Source: an uncultured virus (IMG/VR IMGVR_UViG_3300020578_000048) (lineage: Duplodnaviria; Heunggongvirae; Uroviricota; Caudoviricetes). From it: a DNA stretch of 20,000 nt. The stretch lies in IMG/VR virus record IMGVR_UViG_3300020578_000048; one strand, given 5' to 3'. Under the pieces are notes generated by a model. It was given only the letters and a program-made list of their open reading frames with translations, did no database searches and was not told the origin of the DNA. Positions 1-9,317 of this stretch are shown piece after piece; the stretch's first letter is position 1, and the number at the start of each line of letters is the position of its first letter. The position numbers and the translations under genes were made by a program.

Positions 1-1458
1 AGTATCGCCAGTGATAGTAAGTGTATAATTATTTGAACTGCGATCAATAAATCGATTGTCTTGTAAAATTAGTAGCTGAGTGTTGGCGACTGCCGTCAAT
101 GGTGCAGTAGGCACCGTGATCGTTGCTCCACTGTATAACGCCGTGCCCTTGATGATTCGGAAGTTACTGATATTTCCAGCTAAGGCGTTTCCGCCCACAG
201 TCCAGTACCCTATGCGCCAAGAATTGGTTGTTATAGAAGCTGAACTTGATGAAACATTGTTTACTGCTACACCGTTGATATAGAAAGAATATACACTACC
301 ACCCGTACGGCAAACTGCAATGTGATTCCACTGATTAGCTATTACATAATTGTTAGTTGATGATGCTGTTAAATTAGTACTGCTGACAAATAAACCTGGC
401 CTTAAATTTGTTGCACTAAACTGAATCATTATGGAATTATCAAGGCTAATATTAGGAGTACTAGTAAATAATGCCGGATCGGTCTGAACCTGAGCAGTAA
501 TATAAAAAAAGCCTTCAATGGTAAAGTCGCTGGTAGCAAGCGTTAAATTGGTCTGTCCAGTCGGTGTTGAAATAAGGTCCCCAGTACCATCAAAATAAGC
601 ACCCCACCCCGTCTGTGAGAACGGTGAAAATGTGCCCTGTGTGGCATTGCCATTGCGAGTGATCGTGAAGTTGTTGGTAGATGCATCTAAAAACGTGTTG
701 TTCTGTTTGAGATTAGTACCTGTGCCTGGTAGGTGTAAGGTAACTAGTCGATAAAAAGGATCACCAATGACAATGGTGATTTGAAAAGCCTGTGGAGTAT
801 CTTGAGCCTCAGCATCTATAGCTACTATAGTAAAGTTGTAAGTAGTGTTTACACTAATACCAGTAACAGTTCCCGATAACAATCCTGAACTGCTTAGGGT
901 CAAGCCTGAGGGTAATGTGCTGCCACTTTGCAGTGCAAAAGTCACCCCGGAGTTACTAGTGGCCACCAACTGTATACTAATAGCAGTGTCTTTTACACCA
1001 TCAGGCAATGGGCTAGTAGTTGACCAAGTTGGCATGGCGCTGTAATTTAAGCCGTTTACTCTAATGGCCACACCACCATCTGAATTAACCAAGTACACCG
1101 TATAAGTACCTGCTGCTTGTGCTGGCACCTGTGCACGCACTTCTGTAGCACTAATATAACTCACTGAGGTAACTACTAGAGAGCCAATGATTACCTGACA
1201 ACCTGTCACAAAGCCAGTGCCCACAATTTTAATATAACCACCAGTGAGTGCCACAGCAGTATCATCTATGACTGTGTAGGCATTGTCTGTGATTTGAACA
1301 TTGGTAATTTTAGGACCGCCACCACCACTGGCTACTATACTGTTACTGGCAGCACTGGTAATCTGCCCACTATCGTTAACAGTAATATCCGCCGCAGTAT
1401 AGCTACCTGGGGTAACACCTGTGGTGGCTAGCATTGTTGCTGGAACTTTTGTAGGCAT
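1..1458 (-). CDS. Large tail-fibre/receptor-binding protein, 3' partial (IPT/TIG + putative Ig + LamG/concanavalin A-like domain); paralog of 1468..5763
   Basis: Not in the ORF track because there is no stop inside the window. Manual translation from ATG at 1458 gives MPTKVPATMLATTGVTPGSYTAADITVNDSGQITSAAS...GPKITNVQITDNAYTVIDDTAVALTGGYIKIVGTGF...LPSGLTLSSSGLLSGTV...GAYFDGTGDLIS...FTIEGFFY...WNHIAVCR...GNISNFRIIKG, open to base 1 (486 codons). RBS-like TAAGGA lies just upstream. Confidence 0.88.
   Translation of the reverse strand, partial: MPTKVPATMLATTGVTPGSYTAADITVNDSGQITSAASNSIVASGGGGPKITNVQITDNAYTVIDDTAVALTGGYIKIVGTGFVTGCQVIIGSLVVTSVSYISATEVRAQVPAQAAGTYTVYLVNSDGGVAIRVNGLNYSAMPTWSTTSPLPDGVKDTAISIQLVATSNSGVTFALQSGSTLPSGLTLSSSGLLSGTVTGISVNTTYNFTIVAIDAEAQDTPQAFQITIVIGDPFYRLVTLHLPGTGTNLKQNNTFLDASTNNFTITRNGNATQGTFSPFSQTGWGAYFDGTGDLISTPTGQTNLTLATSDFTIEGFFYITAQVQTDPALFTSTPNISLDNSIMIQFSATNLRPGLFVSSTNLTASSTNNYVIANQWNHIAVCRTGGSVYSFYINGVAVNNVSSSSASITTNSWRIGYWTVGGNALAGNISNFRIIKGTALYSGATITVPTAPLTAVANTQLLILQDNRFIDRSSNNYTLTITGDT
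604..654. repeat. 51-bp dispersed direct repeat (copy 1; copy 2 at 3277..3327)
   Basis: ccaccccgtctgtgagaacggtgaaaa(t/a)gtgccctgtgtggcatt(g/t)ccatt, 49/51 identical. Encodes NGNATQGTFSPFSQTGW immediately before a LamG domain in both paralogs. Confidence 0.9.
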
Positions 1459-1467
1459 GCTGTTTCC

Positions 1468-4400
1468 TTATTTTAACCTGTGTGGGCCGGTGGGCGGGGT
1501 GAAGTTAGCGGTGTATCGTTCGGCGTTTGTGATACGCAAATCATCAATGTATCCTGTTATAGGAAAAGCCAAACCAGCATTAGCTGTTCCAATGAACATT
1601 CTACCTGTATTGTTTGTCCAACTTGTAGTAGCAGTACTACCTGCGACCCCATTCTTAAATACCTTTATTATGGTTCCATTGTATGTAAAAGCATAATGAA
1701 TCCATGTATTAAGTTCTATTGTAGAATTACAGGCAGTATCGGCACCATTTGATACCCATCTAATAGCATTAGCCGGAGAATTTGGTGACGTTTCAATTCG
1801 CCATCCATCAGCGCCACCACCGCCTCCATAAGTGCTGATCACCGTAGCAGCAACACTAGCGCCTGGGTATGCTTGAAGGTAAATCCAAAATTCAATAGTA
1901 AACGATCTAGTTGTAGCATATAATTGATTATGGAGTGGATTAGACGGTATGGCCAAGTAGTCACCAGTCCCATCAAAATACATAGCCCCGTTGCCATATT
2001 TGACCTGTACCGAACTAGTTCGAGCATCTGCCACAGTCTCTACAACATTCCGTCCGGTACGATCTAGGATGGCTGCGTCGGTGAAGTTTAGCAAGAGTTG
2101 AGTGTTGGTGATGGCGGTGAGGGGTGTGGTGGGTGGTGTGAAAGCAGAGGTGTATACGGCAGTGCCTTTAACGATTCTTAAATTTGAAATATATCCTTTG
2201 AATTTTTCTGCGTATCCATAATCAGCTATTAAGAGATTATCAGTAGACGCAGTTAGTGTAGTCGCTGTAGTCACTGTGCCGTTAGATAGTCCATTTAGGT
2301 AATGTGTAAAAGTTGTTCCATTCTTAACAATACTAATGTGACTCCAGGCATTTAGAGGAATTTGATTAGTTGATGTTAAATTAATTGAACCACCTGCTCC
2401 ATACAAAACAATTTTCCCTTGATTAGCACCACCACCTAAAATACCATAAGCGTATCCCACCCCGCCGGCTCCGGTAAATTTTCTAACAATGTGTAAACTC
2501 ATGTCAGCCGTTGATCCATAGCCAGTAGGATAAACCCATGCTTCAATGGTAAAATTGATAGCTCCATCAAGATCTAAATTAGTGCTAGTTGGCCCAACTA
2601 ACCTATCGTCAGTGCCGTCAAAATAGGCCGATCCACCGTGAACAGCGGGTGAGTACGCTGCGGTGGGGGCGAAGGGTGAAAAGGCCGCTACTGAGGGGGT
2701 GTTTTGTATTGTTAAAGTTTTAGGGGTCGAGCTGTTATCAATAAAGCGATTTGATTGACAAGTTAAAAGTAAAGTATTTGCATCAGAGGTATATGGAGCA
2801 GTTGGAACCGTTATTGTTCTAGCGATACTTGAGAATCTTACGTTTGATATATATCCTTGCGTACCATAATTAGCGACCCAATTTATTCCCCCAACTGACA
2901 ATTGGGTGGCACTGATTGAAGCAGTGCTTGTGCCAGTAGCAACCGAAATACCGTCAATATACAACACTGTTTGATTTGTTCCAGTTCCACTTCTAACTAA
3001 TGCAATGTGATACCACTGCCCAATGTTAAGGTTCCATGTGTAGTTAATTACATTAGTTACTCCACTAGCACTGATATTAATTTCAACTACATTTGATCCC
3101 GATCCTCGTTGAATTGTTAAAGCATCAGTTCCGGCTACCCCAATAACAAATATCCTCTGTGTAGTGCCAGACCATGCTGTAGGATTATAAAATAGCTCAA
3201 CTGTAAAATTCCCTGTGCCTACAGCAAAAGCAGCGTTACTGGCATAAATAGACTGATTCCCGCTGAAATAATTACTCCACCCCGTCTGTGAGAACGGTGA
3301 AAAAGTGCCCTGTGTGGCATTTCCATTTCTAGTGATCAGGAATTGATTTGAGCTGGCGTCCTGAAACCCATGATTGTTGTGAGGTTGACGATATTGTAGA
3401 GTAAGTAATTGCGTGTTAGTGGTAGCGGTTAAACTAGAGGTAGCAGGTGTAAAGTTAGCTGTATAAACAGCAGTTCCTTTGACTAATTTGAAATCTGTGA
3501 TATAGCCAGTAGTACTGTTAACATAAGTACCGGCACCATTTCTACCACCACCAATGGACAACGGATAGGTGCCAGGGTAAGTGTAGTTACTATTATCAGC
3601 AATAGAATTTGTTTGAATACCATTGACAAAGATTCTCAATGTACCAGATGCTCTAGCTATAACTATATGATTCCATTGATACGGTTGTACAGTTTGTGAC
3701 AGCGTAGATCCAGCACCAGTAGTGTATACATTTAAGTTACTGATACTGTTCATATCAGCACCAGTGCCACCACTAAAATAGTTACCATCACTAGCATATT
3801 GCCAAATCTTAGCACCAGAACCATTGTAACCAGATATATACTGCCACCATTCTACAGTAAAATCACCTGTGCCAAATTGAAAGTTTGAATAACTGCCAGC
3901 AGTGACGTAATCATCGTTACCATCAAAATACATACTACCATTGGCACCGGTATTGATGATACCAAAAGGATTAAAACTACGCACAGCCACATCACCGTTG
4001 CGAGTGATAGTGAAGTTGTTGGCACTGCCGTCTAGGAATCTGTTAGTGTGACAGGTTAATAAACTGGTATTGGCTACTGCGGTTAATGGTGCTGTGGGAA
4101 CCGTAATGGTTGAATTACCAACATCATAATAATCTGACGTAATAACACGAAGGTTTGAGATATAACCGTTTAAGCCACTAGAAACCCCTGTATTTACATA
4201 ATGACCAATAACAGGAAGTCGTTGTTCTAACGAAACAGAATTAGTCGCAGTGGCTAGTCTAGTCCCGTCCACCCACATAGCCCAGTTGTTAGAATTATTT
4301 CTGCTTATAACTAAGTGATGCCAAGCGTTTCTAGTTGAGGTACTCGATGCTTGCAAAACTGCTCCTACACCACCAACACTAAATACAAATTTGTCTGTTG

Positions 4401-5763
4401 CTCCACTGTAACCAGTATTACTATAATCTATAATCCATCTACCTGATGTACCAGCAGAATATTGAGCAAAAAATTGCACATCATTTGCTGTTGTTGCAAT
4501 GTAAATCCACATTTCAATCGTAAATGCCGAAGTTGCTGGCACCACAGCAGTGGTTCCATACAATGAGTCATTGCCATCAAAGTAAGCCGACCACCCAGTT
4601 CCATACGGGGTAAAGTTTGTAGCACGACTGTCGCCAACCACTGTGATATTGAAATTATTCGCCGAACTATCCTTGATCACAGTATTGCCCTGCTCCCCAC
4701 CTAATAGCAGTGTAGTCAACCTAAAGTAACTATCACTCACAGTGATAGTTACTGTAAATGTACGTGGCGAATCCTGCAATTGTGCATCGGTAGCACGCAC
4801 TGTAAAAGTATAAGTGGTATCTACTGTGACTCCAGCCACAGTGCCTGTGATAACACCAGTGCTGGTGTTCAAGGATAGGCCAGGCGGCAATGATCCCGAT
4901 GTTATAGTATAACTGGTGGCTTCTGTGGCCACTAAACTTAATGATATTAAAACACCATCATACTGGTCGGGCAAACCACTAGCAGTTTGCCAACTAGGTA
5001 AACTACTAAAAGTAACACCTGGTACGCTAATGGCCACACCACCATCACTGTTAATCACATAAACCACATATGTACCAGCTGCCAGTGCGCCTGTGCCTAC
5101 TCGTAGCTCTGTGCTTGATATAAAACTTATGCTAGCTGCTGGAGTTTGATTAAAGTATACTAAACAACCACTGGCAAAACCTGTTCCGGTTAACTTGATA
5201 TATCCGCCACTGGTATCCACAGCAGTGTCGTCAATGGCGGCATAACTGCTATCAGTTATAGTTATTGCGCTAATTTTAGGTGCAACGCCACTGCTAACTA
5301 CATCGCCAAGTACACGTAATTGTATTTGACTATTAGCAGGAGGAGCGCTAGTAAATATGATGTTACTGCCGCTAACAGTATAGTCTGTGGTGGGTGTTTG
5401 AGTTACGCCACCTATGATTGCCAGCACAGTATGTACTGTTATGCCACCGGTGGCTGCAAAAGTTGTTGTACTACCATTGCCCGTATAAGTGTAAGTGGTG
5501 TGCTGTAGTCCAGCTCCACTGCCACTACCGCCACCAGTCACAGTCACAGTCACAGCACTGCCACTTGCAGTGGCTTCTACACTGCTGCCTACAAAATCCA
5601 AGCTGGTCAAACCATTGGCTATGGTGGTGCCTTCATCACGAATGGCTATACTGGTAGTGCCTGCTACACTTTTGGACCAACCTGATCCAGTATAAGTCCA
5701 CACTATGTTGTTTTCCACATAGGTTTGGTTTATGGTGGGATTGCTGGGATAGTTTAATGGCAT
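1468..5763 (-). CDS. 1431-aa tail-fibre/receptor-binding protein: shared N-terminal module, small beta-rich repeat, IPT/TIG, putative Ig, five LamG (concanavalin A-like lectin/glucanase) domains
   Basis: Five units of the form (Y)FxG...FT(I/V)E...WxH(I/L/Y)...GYI(S/T/D)xx(R/K), a LamG-type pattern. IPT-like 'GGYIKLTGTGF...ISSTELRV'. Ig-like 'GSLPPGLSLNTSTGVITGT...TYTFTVRATD'. Confidence 0.9.
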   Translation of the reverse strand: MPLNYPSNPTINQTYVENNIVWTYTGSGWSKSVAGTTSIAIRDEGTTIANGLTSLDFVGSSVEATASGSAVTVTVTGGGSGSGAGLQHTTYTYTGNGSTTTFAATGGITVHTVLAIIGGVTQTPTTDYTVSGSNIIFTSAPPANSQIQLRVLGDVVSSGVAPKISAITITDSSYAAIDDTAVDTSGGYIKLTGTGFASGCLVYFNQTPAASISFISSTELRVGTGALAAGTYVVYVINSDGGVAISVPGVTFSSLPSWQTASGLPDQYDGVLISLSLVATEATSYTITSGSLPPGLSLNTSTGVITGTVAGVTVDTTYTFTVRATDAQLQDSPRTFTVTITVSDSYFRLTTLLLGGEQGNTVIKDSSANNFNITVVGDSRATNFTPYGTGWSAYFDGNDSLYGTTAVVPATSAFTIEMWIYIATTANDVQFFAQYSAGTSGRWIIDYSNTGYSGATDKFVFSVGGVGAVLQASSTSTRNAWHHLVISRNNSNNWAMWVDGTRLATATNSVSLEQRLPVIGHYVNTGVSSGLNGYISNLRVITSDYYDVGNSTITVPTAPLTAVANTSLLTCHTNRFLDGSANNFTITRNGDVAVRSFNPFGIINTGANGSMYFDGNDDYVTAGSYSNFQFGTGDFTVEWWQYISGYNGSGAKIWQYASDGNYFSGGTGADMNSISNLNVYTTGAGSTLSQTVQPYQWNHIVIARASGTLRIFVNGIQTNSIADNSNYTYPGTYPLSIGGGRNGAGTYVNSTTGYITDFKLVKGTAVYTANFTPATSSLTATTNTQLLTLQYRQPHNNHGFQDASSNQFLITRNGNATQGTFSPFSQTGWSNYFSGNQSIYASNAAFAVGTGNFTVELFYNPTAWSGTTQRIFVIGVAGTDALTIQRGSGSNVVEINISASGVTNVINYTWNLNIGQWYHIALVRSGTGTNQTVLYIDGISVATGTSTASISATQLSVGGINWVANYGTQGYISNVRFSSIARTITVPTAPYTSDANTLLLTCQSNRFIDNSSTPKTLTIQNTPSVAAFSPFAPTAAYSPAVHGGSAYFDGTDDRLVGPTSTNLDLDGAINFTIEAWVYPTGYGSTADMSLHIVRKFTGAGGVGYAYGILGGGANQGKIVLYGAGGSINLTSTNQIPLNAWSHISIVKNGTTFTHYLNGLSNGTVTTATTLTASTDNLLIADYGYAEKFKGYISNLRIVKGTAVYTSAFTPPTTPLTAITNTQLLLNFTDAAILDRTGRNVVETVADARTSSVQVKYGNGAMYFDGTGDYLAIPSNPLHNQLYATTRSFTIEFWIYLQAYPGASVAATVISTYGGGGGADGWRIETSPNSPANAIRWVSNGADTACNSTIELNTWIHYAFTYNGTIIKVFKNGVAGSTATTSWTNNTGRMFIGTANAGLAFPITGYIDDLRITNAERYTANFTPPTGPHRLK
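3277..3327. repeat. 51-bp dispersed direct repeat (copy 2)
   Basis: 49/51 identical to 604..654. Confidence 0.9.
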
Positions 5764-5770
5764 GATTGTA

Positions 5771-6130
5771 TTAACTCACTGTGGTCCAGCTCATGGTGGT
5801 TTCATCCCACATGTACATTTGTCCATCTGTGGGCATGGGTTCGGGTGCTTGCCACTGTGCTGAGTTTAAGTCTAGCTGCCAGCTGGCATAAGGTCTTGGT
5901 GGCACAAAAGCATCAATGTCTGCATGATAGTGGTAACCAATGCCAGCATAATTCTTTCGCTGGTTGCCGTTATAGCTGGTCTGCTTCCAGGTTCCACCTA
6001 GTATACGTTCAAGGTGTGCAGCACCAATGTGTTCTTTTTCCACACCTGCTGCATCTGAGGTGTCCTTGTTGTCTACTACCACAACTTGTGTGACTTGATT
6101 GTTTGCATCTAATTTGGCAAAATGTGCCAT
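5771..6130 (-). CDS. Small Trp/Pro-rich phage protein ('MAHFAKLD' type), putative fibre/adhesin assembly chaperone or tip protein
   Basis: 119 aa with WKQTSYN-RKNYAGIGY-FVPPRPYASW-WQAP-WDE motifs. GGAG RBS upstream. Clear paralog of 11396..11773. Function inferred from position only. Confidence 0.75.
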   Translation of the reverse strand: MAHFAKLDANNQVTQVVVVDNKDTSDAAGVEKEHIGAAHLERILGGTWKQTSYNGNQRKNYAGIGYHYHADIDAFVPPRPYASWQLDLNSAQWQAPEPMPTDGQMYMWDETTMSWTTVS

Positions 6131-6133
6131 GTG

Positions 6134-6391
6134 TCAATCTCCTGTTGCTTGTTGAAACTGCTGCTGCTGTATGCCCATGTCTCGTAGTTGCTCGTCTGTG
6201 TAGACGGTTGCAATGCTGTCCTCAAACTCTCGGATCTTGTCAATTGTTTGGTAAACTTCTTCTATGCTTGGGCATGGTCTGGGATCATCCCACCTAGTAA
6301 ACACGTTGTTTGATATTTCCCACTTTGCACCTGGACGAAGCAAGTGCATGGCTGTGTCTATGCCTAGGAATTTGTAGATTTTTGTAGTCAT
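6134..6391 (-). CDS. 85-aa phage protein, possibly XkdW-like / tail assembly chaperone-like
   Basis: Tightly packed between neighbours. LRPGAKWEI...RWDDPRPCPSIEE resembles the W-x-x-x-x-P-x-P-(S/T)-x-x-E motif of small tail-associated proteins. Family assignment is tentative. Confidence 0.6.
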   Translation of the reverse strand: MTTKIYKFLGIDTAMHLLRPGAKWEISNNVFTRWDDPRPCPSIEEVYQTIDKIREFEDSIATVYTDEQLRDMGIQQQQFQQATGD

Positions 6392-6392
6392 G

Positions 6393-8168
6393 TTATTGAT
6401 TGATTTTGATGATTACGATACCGGAGCCACCGTTACCACCTGATGCGCTATTATTTCCGCGCCAAGAACCCCCACCACCACCACCCCCAGTGTTTGTTGA
6501 TCCAGCAGAACCGCTACCACCCGCACCGGCTCCTGCTTGATCGCCTGCATTACCACCACCTCCACTGCCACCCGGTGCGCCAGAATAAATAGCAGGGTTA
6601 CCTAGGTCACGATAATACCCACCACCACCACCACCTGCAAATACACCGCTAGCGCCATATAAAGAGGCAAAAGATGGCCCCGGAGATCCATTCCCACCTG
6701 CTCCACAAACAACAGAAGGACTTATAACTCCTGTGCCACCTGATGTGTTAGAACCGCCTCCACCACCCATTGCGGTTATGTAGTAAGAGGCGGGGCCTTG
6801 ATTACCGCCGCCTCCATTACTACCTTGATTAACGTTATAAGGACTTGGCGATCCTGAAGGTGCAGATGGTGTATTCCCAGTGCCGCCACCCGGTAGCCCA
6901 CCACCACCTGACCCACCTGACCTACCAGGACCTGGTCCAGCTCCCCCACCACCACCAAACGCAACTAAAGCATTAGTATATGGATTTCCAGAAGATGGGT
7001 TGTTGATTATAGGCGATCCAGATATATATGAATTATCTCCATCAGCACCGAAGTTGTAATCACTTGCTGCTCCACCATTACCGCCCGCGCCAACCGTTAC
7101 TGTATATACCGTTCCTGCTGTAATACTTAAGCCAGTTCCAGTTCTAAAACCACCTGCGCCTCCGCCTCCACCATATCTACTACCACCCCCACCCCCACCA
7201 GCAACCACAAGATAGTCAACCAAGGTCACACCTGCGGGGCATCGCCAAGTGGTAGTGCCTTTGAACGTAAATACGGTTTGTGCGGGTACGGTGTACTTGA
7301 GGACGACAATGCCGGAGCCGCCCGTTCCTGAAGCTACTCCAGCGCCTCCGCTTGCGCCACCACCACCACCTGTATTTACAGTGCCAGATGTAGTAGTTCC
7401 AGTACCTCCAGGCCCAGAGCCACCTCCATTACCACCACCACCTTTTTGTGATGTTGTAGATGTCCCGCCGCCTAGTCCAGCAGCTAGGCCATAAGTTCCA
7501 CCACCACCACCACCAGCGTAATAAATAGTAGACCCTGTTATTGATGAAGTTGCAGCTGAACCTCCATTCCCCCCTGATGATGAAGTTCCATTAGCACCTA
7601 CACCACCGCCTCCCCCACCACCACCACCACCAATACTGAAAGGAGATGAAACATATGAAGCAGATCCCCCAGCATAACCCTGTCCTGAAGTACCCGAGCC
7701 GCCCGCTCCGGCTTGTGGTGAAGTGTTGCCAGCACCTCCCCCACCACCAGAGCCGCCAGAATTACCAGTTTTTCCTGTTCCTGGTTCTCTATAAGAAGCA
7801 CCACCGCCACCGCCAGTTGCAGAAATAGTAGAAAAAGGCGCTGGCCCTGCAATTGATGATAAATTTCCGTTACCGCCGTTAGCAGCAGAATTATTTGGCC
7901 CGCTAACAGATGTTCCTCCAGAACCAACAGTGATCGTGTAGTCAAAACCAGGAGTTACAGATAAACCAGTTCCGCTTAGAAACCCTCCCGCTCCTGCACC
8001 ACCAGCATGTTGATAACCACCACCACCCCCACCAGCCACAACCAAATACTCAACTTCTGTAACACCAGTAGGGCAAGTCCAAGTAGACGTACCAGTAAAG
8101 GTTTGGACAATGGTGAAGCCACTGCTGCGAAAAATTCCTGCTATTAATGCAGACAGTACGCCAGCCAT
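6393..8168 (-). CDS. Glycine-rich adhesin-like protein with two Gly-rich modules (591 aa)
   Basis: Start revised to ATG 8168 (MAGVLSALIAG), with a TGATG overlap with the upstream stop and a GGAG RBS. Two units of the form TFxGTxTWxCPxGVTxV(E/D)YLVVAGGGGGG...GGSGIV(V/I)xK. Confidence 0.85.
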   Translation of the reverse strand: MAGVLSALIAGIFRSSGFTIVQTFTGTSTWTCPTGVTEVEYLVVAGGGGGGYQHAGGAGAGGFLSGTGLSVTPGFDYTITVGSGGTSVSGPNNSAANGGNGNLSSIAGPAPFSTISATGGGGGASYREPGTGKTGNSGGSGGGGGAGNTSPQAGAGGSGTSGQGYAGGSASYVSSPFSIGGGGGGGGGGVGANGTSSSGGNGGSAATSSITGSTIYYAGGGGGGTYGLAAGLGGGTSTTSQKGGGGNGGGSGPGGTGTTTSGTVNTGGGGGASGGAGVASGTGGSGIVVLKYTVPAQTVFTFKGTTTWRCPAGVTLVDYLVVAGGGGGGSRYGGGGGAGGFRTGTGLSITAGTVYTVTVGAGGNGGAASDYNFGADGDNSYISGSPIINNPSSGNPYTNALVAFGGGGGAGPGPGRSGGSGGGGLPGGGTGNTPSAPSGSPSPYNVNQGSNGGGGNQGPASYYITAMGGGGGSNTSGGTGVISPSVVCGAGGNGSPGPSFASLYGASGVFAGGGGGGYYRDLGNPAIYSGAPGGSGGGGNAGDQAGAGAGGSGSAGSTNTGGGGGGGSWRGNNSASGGNGGSGIVIIKINQ

Positions 8169-8602
8169 CAAGTCACTCCTGCACCAGTGACCCACCAAGT
8201 GTCTGTGGCTACCTTTAACAATGATGCCATGCCTTTGGTGGCCACTGTGCGAGTGCCAGTGCTGCCAGCTGCCAATTGCAGTGTGGCCGAACTGGAAATA
8301 GTCAAACTGCCTGAATTATTGTTTATGACCAAAATAGCTGTGCCAATGGGAAATGCCACCACAGCATTGGTGGGCACTGTGAGCGTGGCTGTGCTGCCGC
8401 CAGTAAAGTACACATGATCACCTTGATCAGTCAGCGTCAAAGTATAACTGGCATCAGTTTGCGTGTTTTGCGGAGCACCAATGTAACCTAATGTTTCGTC
8501 ACCGTCTGGCAATGTGCTGGTTCTGCTGTTGGTAGAACTTGTGCCTTGCAAGGTATGTGTGCCCGATCCTGCGGGATTGCCTTGAACTCTTATACTGCCC
8601 AT
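8168..8602 (-). CDS. 144-aa putative virion adaptor/structural protein
   Basis: Thr/beta-rich: PQNTQTDASYTLTLTDQG...TLTVPTNAVVAFPIGTAILVIN...LLKVATDTWWVTG. AAGGA RBS. Its stop overlaps the next start, implying translational coupling. Confidence 0.75.
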   Translation of the reverse strand: MGSIRVQGNPAGSGTHTLQGTSSTNSRTSTLPDGDETLGYIGAPQNTQTDASYTLTLTDQGDHVYFTGGSTATLTVPTNAVVAFPIGTAILVINNNSGSLTISSSATLQLAAGSTGTRTVATKGMASLLKVATDTWWVTGAGVT

Positions 8603-8615
8603 GTTGTGTTGTCCT

Positions 8616-9089
8616 TTATCCTAAAATTTGCCATGCCTGTGTGTCATTGACAGTGATGCTAGCATTGTTTTGCAGTGTCACAGGACCAACATCCAGTCTG
8701 TTTGAGCCTGTGGTTATGGTGACATTGCTGGTTATCAGTTGTGGATATTCATTGCTGCCACTGCCTGTGGTATTTACCAAGGTCCAACCGCCTACCAAGG
8801 TCCAGCCCGAACCTGAATACACAAACAAGTCACCAAGTTGATCGTTCAACCAAATAGCACCCACACTGGGACTCACTGGTGCTGAGCTAGACACTGTTAC
8901 TGTGGCTCCTCCGCCACCACCACCAGAACCTGCTGGGCCTGTGGCACCAGTTATGCCAGTGGCACCAGTGGCTCCCGTTGATCCTACTGCTACACCAGGG
9001 TACCAGATTTTTCCGTTATAGGTCCAAGTACGTCCGCCTGACGTGTATGTTTGACCATTTGTGGGATTATTTGGGAATTGTATGGACAT
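8616..9089 (-). CDS. 157-aa short fibre protein: shared N-terminal module + collagen-like Gly-X-Y stretch
   Basis: MSIQFPNNPTNGQTYTSGGRTWTYNGKIW, then GSTGATGATGITGATGPAG and 'VSSSAPVSPSVGAIWLN...LFVYSGSGW'. Confidence 0.8.
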   Translation of the reverse strand: MSIQFPNNPTNGQTYTSGGRTWTYNGKIWYPGVAVGSTGATGATGITGATGPAGSGGGGGGATVTVSSSAPVSPSVGAIWLNDQLGDLFVYSGSGWTLVGGWTLVNTTGSGSNEYPQLITSNVTITTGSNRLDVGPVTLQNNASITVNDTQAWQILG

Positions 9090-9093
9090 ATTG

Positions 9094-9113
9094 TGTGATA
9101 TTTACTATATTTA
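9094..9113 (-). promoter_or_regulatory. Putative late-promoter-like TAAATA motifs (two copies) upstream of 9089
   Basis: TAAATA at 9113-9108 and 9104-9099. The 11-mer TAAATATCACA is identical to 9462-9452. Resembles the core of the T4-type late promoter TATAAATA. Confidence 0.5.
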
Positions 9114-9317
9114 AGGCATTTGAAATGGAACTAATGCTGAATAAAACGTAGAATTCCCAGATGACGTTTCTCTATCAAACATAAAATCAAACCCTAGCGT
9201 TACCCTAGGATTATTTCCATAATGCATGTCGGTCCAATGTAATGCATTTTACAAGGAAAGACACTAACTAGTCCCGGAACATTAGGCACTCTTACTAATT
9301 TCCCGTCATCAAACATT
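9111..9317 (-). pseudogene. Frameshifted 3' remnant resembling a 2OG-Fe(II) oxygenase C-terminus
   Basis: One frame reads FDDGKLVRVPNVPGLVSVFPCK. After a frame change near 9240-9255 it reads ALHWTDMHYGNNPRVTLGFDFMFDRETSSGNSTFYSALVPFQMP-TAA (stop 9113-9111). Joined, this matches the P-x-x-G-x-x-x-x-F-P...H...R-x-(S/T)-x-x-F-(N/D) pattern of small phage 2OG-Fe(II) oxygenases. No HxD N-terminal half is present. Confidence 0.55.

Noticed and set aside
80..6297. Short plus-strand and alternative-frame ORFs over the LamG and chaperone-like genes
   Set aside because: They overlap long, motif-rich minus-strand genes and have no recognisable motifs or RBS.
5771..6391. Possible stop-codon readthrough or recoding (TGA CAC ATG in frame; similar in-frame junctions at 11773-11779 and 13606-13612)
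   Set aside because: The 6130 gene has its own GGAG RBS and its paralog starts identically. The other junctions use TAA. Long genes are intact under the standard code, and recoding TGA would not rescue the 9437 ORF because TAA and TAG follow in frame.
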